From assembly GCA_963677495.2 (NCBI GenBank), contig CAXXOU010000001.1, positions 608,001 to 672,000 on the forward strand: DNA of 64,000 bases, written 5' to 3'. A model generated the notes under the pieces. It was not told the DNA's origin. It did no database searches and saw nothing but the letters and a program-made list of their open reading frames with translations. The DNA comes from Candidatus Cloacimonadales bacterium. GTDB taxonomy: Bacteria; Cloacimonadota; Cloacimonadia; Cloacimonadales; JAFGVF01. This document shows, piece after piece, positions 62,550-64,000 of this stretch (its first letter is position 1; each line of letters starts with the position of its first letter). The translations under genes were made by a program, and so were the position numbers.

Positions 62550-63359
62550 ATGAAAAGAAAAGTATTAACAATATTGATTCTGATGATTTCTTTAGGTCTT
62601 ATGTCTTTAAGATACTCATCAAGTTATGATCTGGAAGGGAATGAGATTAGTGGGCGTTCAACAGACCCTCGTATTACTGAGATTGCACATGTGACTTCTA
62701 ATCCTGTATTAACATCAAATGAGCAACAAGCAAAGCTGTTATGGGATAGTCTTTTTGAAACACTTTGTACTAAAAACCTCTCTGAATATGAGCAAAACTT
62801 CATTTACACTACTGATGTAAATTACTGGAAAGAATTTACACCCAAGGAGTTAATAACTAAACAATACAATGGGGCTCATGTTTTTTATATGCAAAACCTA
62901 AGAACATTTCATGTGGCGAATTATATGTGTGCAACATATAACAATAAAGTTTATCTTTTACCCCTACATTTGAATCACTTAATGGATGATATGGGAGAAA
63001 TCATGAACAGTAATAACATTTATAACTACACTAACTTGTTTCTAAAACTATCAACTTCTTCTTCGATAACTGTATTAGATTCTACTATAGTGCTTTCTGA
63101 TTCAACTATGACTATGATAAACTATGATTTCGAGGAAGAAAGAAATGGTGCAGTTCACTCAAAGACATTCCTACTTTCACCATCTCAAGGTGTGATATCT
63201 GGTTTTTTGTGGGATTCCTGCTACTCTGAGTACAACAGTAATCATCGAAATACAATAAATGATACTGACCCAAGAAATTACGAGTTCTTTAAGAGTAATT
63301 TTTATCCAATTCAATGCCCTCTTTCTAACTCCCTAAATCCTGTTTTATATATCAACTAG
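62550..63359 (+). CDS. Hypothetical secreted protein, possibly 3'-truncated
   Basis: AAGGAG RBS, signal peptide; paralogous relic at 26610-26860. Confidence 0.75.
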   Translation: MKRKVLTILILMISLGLMSLRYSSSYDLEGNEISGRSTDPRITEIAHVTSNPVLTSNEQQAKLLWDSLFETLCTKNLSEYEQNFIYTTDVNYWKEFTPKELITKQYNGAHVFYMQNLRTFHVANYMCATYNNKVYLLPLHLNHLMDDMGEIMNSNNIYNYTNLFLKLSTSSSITVLDSTIVLSDSTMTMINYDFEEERNGAVHSKTFLLSPSQGVISGFLWDSCYSEYNSNHRNTINDTDPRNYEFFKSNFYPIQCPLSNSLNPVLYIN

Positions 63360-63577
63360 AATATCTACTTCGATTTGTAATACTCCTGCAGAGAAACTTT
63401 TTTTTTGATCGAACAGTCTGTTATTTCGAGACTATTCATAAAGATTCCACTCATAGAATCAAGTTTCTGATAAACTCATAAAAAATAGTGCAGACTTATT
63501 AAATCCATCTTATCTGACATTGGTTTACCTTTCATTATTCAGTCCACATAGGGCTGTAGCTATGGAGGTGTTTATTA

Positions 63578-63733
63578 CCCTAGGTCATTCGACCTAGGGC
63601 TATTCAGTTTAAGCCCTTAACGGGCTTTTGATACAGATAAGGAGATATAGTAATGCACTTACTCAAGTTGTACTGTTATGTACCTTATCCTGAAGGGATA
63701 ATCCAATGTTAGCCATGGTACTTTAGCCCATGG
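63578..63733. repeat. Two double-hairpin REP-like units in opposite orientation
   Basis: CCCTAGGTC-attc-GACCTAGGG + AAGCCC-ttaac-GGGCTT (-); TTATCC-tgaag-GGATAA + TAG-CCATGG...CCATGG (+). Confidence 0.65.
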
Positions 63734-63948
63734 AAATGAATAGATTGTCAACCCGACCCAGAAGAGATCATCCTAAATTAGTACGGCATGTTTGCTTCCA
63801 TAAGTCTGACACTCCGGCAAAGACAACATTTTTTCTGATGAACAGTCTGTCCATCTTAATGATTTTGGTAGAATATTTTCTTCTTGACTTATAAAATAAA
63901 GGAAAGTCTAATTCAGAGGTAAGTAGTTAAAGAAGAAGAGAGGTAACT

Positions 63949-64000
63949 ATGAAATACTTTATACTAGTTATTGGTTTATTAAGCATCACTTGCTTATCTA
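63949..64000 (+). CDS. 5' end of a probable secreted protein
   Basis: GAGAGG RBS, MKYFILVIGLLSITCLS signal-peptide-like; runs off the window. Confidence 0.7.
   Translation, partial: MKYFILVIGLLSITCLS

Noticed and set aside
63420..63540. Minus-strand MSDKMDLISLHYF... with several TGA codons, as a selenoprotein or relic
   Set aside because: No SECIS-like hairpin, no redox motif, no recognisable homolog.

Overview
AT-rich bacterial chromosomal window. The likely source is Candidatus Cloacimonadota (inference from several secreted proteins ending in the YPNP...GQ.V...SG.YFY...KM..K FlgD/Por-type C-terminal domain, plus a PorX-like regulator). Gene content, left to right: RseC-like gene (cut by the window edge); type II restriction-modification pair; rpmH-rnpA-yidD-yidC-jag cluster not linked to dnaA; selenium operon with a selenocysteine-containing SelD (in-frame TGA plus SECIS); three C-terminal-domain (CTD) secreted proteins; TPR-sigma54 activator; purB; LruC-domain lipoprotein; glyQ; aminopeptidase; AsmA; ECF ATPase; radical SAM; pabABC; mtnA; rrf2-iscS-iscU; a cation/H+ antiporter behind a fluoride riboswitch; leuS; rarD; rseP-tgt(ATT start)-panB; porX. 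The most unusual signal is non-coding. Three sequence-unrelated families of ~105-155 bp elements share one architecture: inverted-repeat arms around 11-bp-phased repeats. One family (3 copies) carries an inverted pair of DnaA boxes and a G-tract array and sits 5' of secreted-protein genes or their relics. Intergenic regions also hold several REP-like palindrome families, a ~400-560 bp duplicated composite element, a frameshifted paralog relic, an orphan 20-codon ORF and a candidate sRNA. All calls were made by eye; no searches were run.
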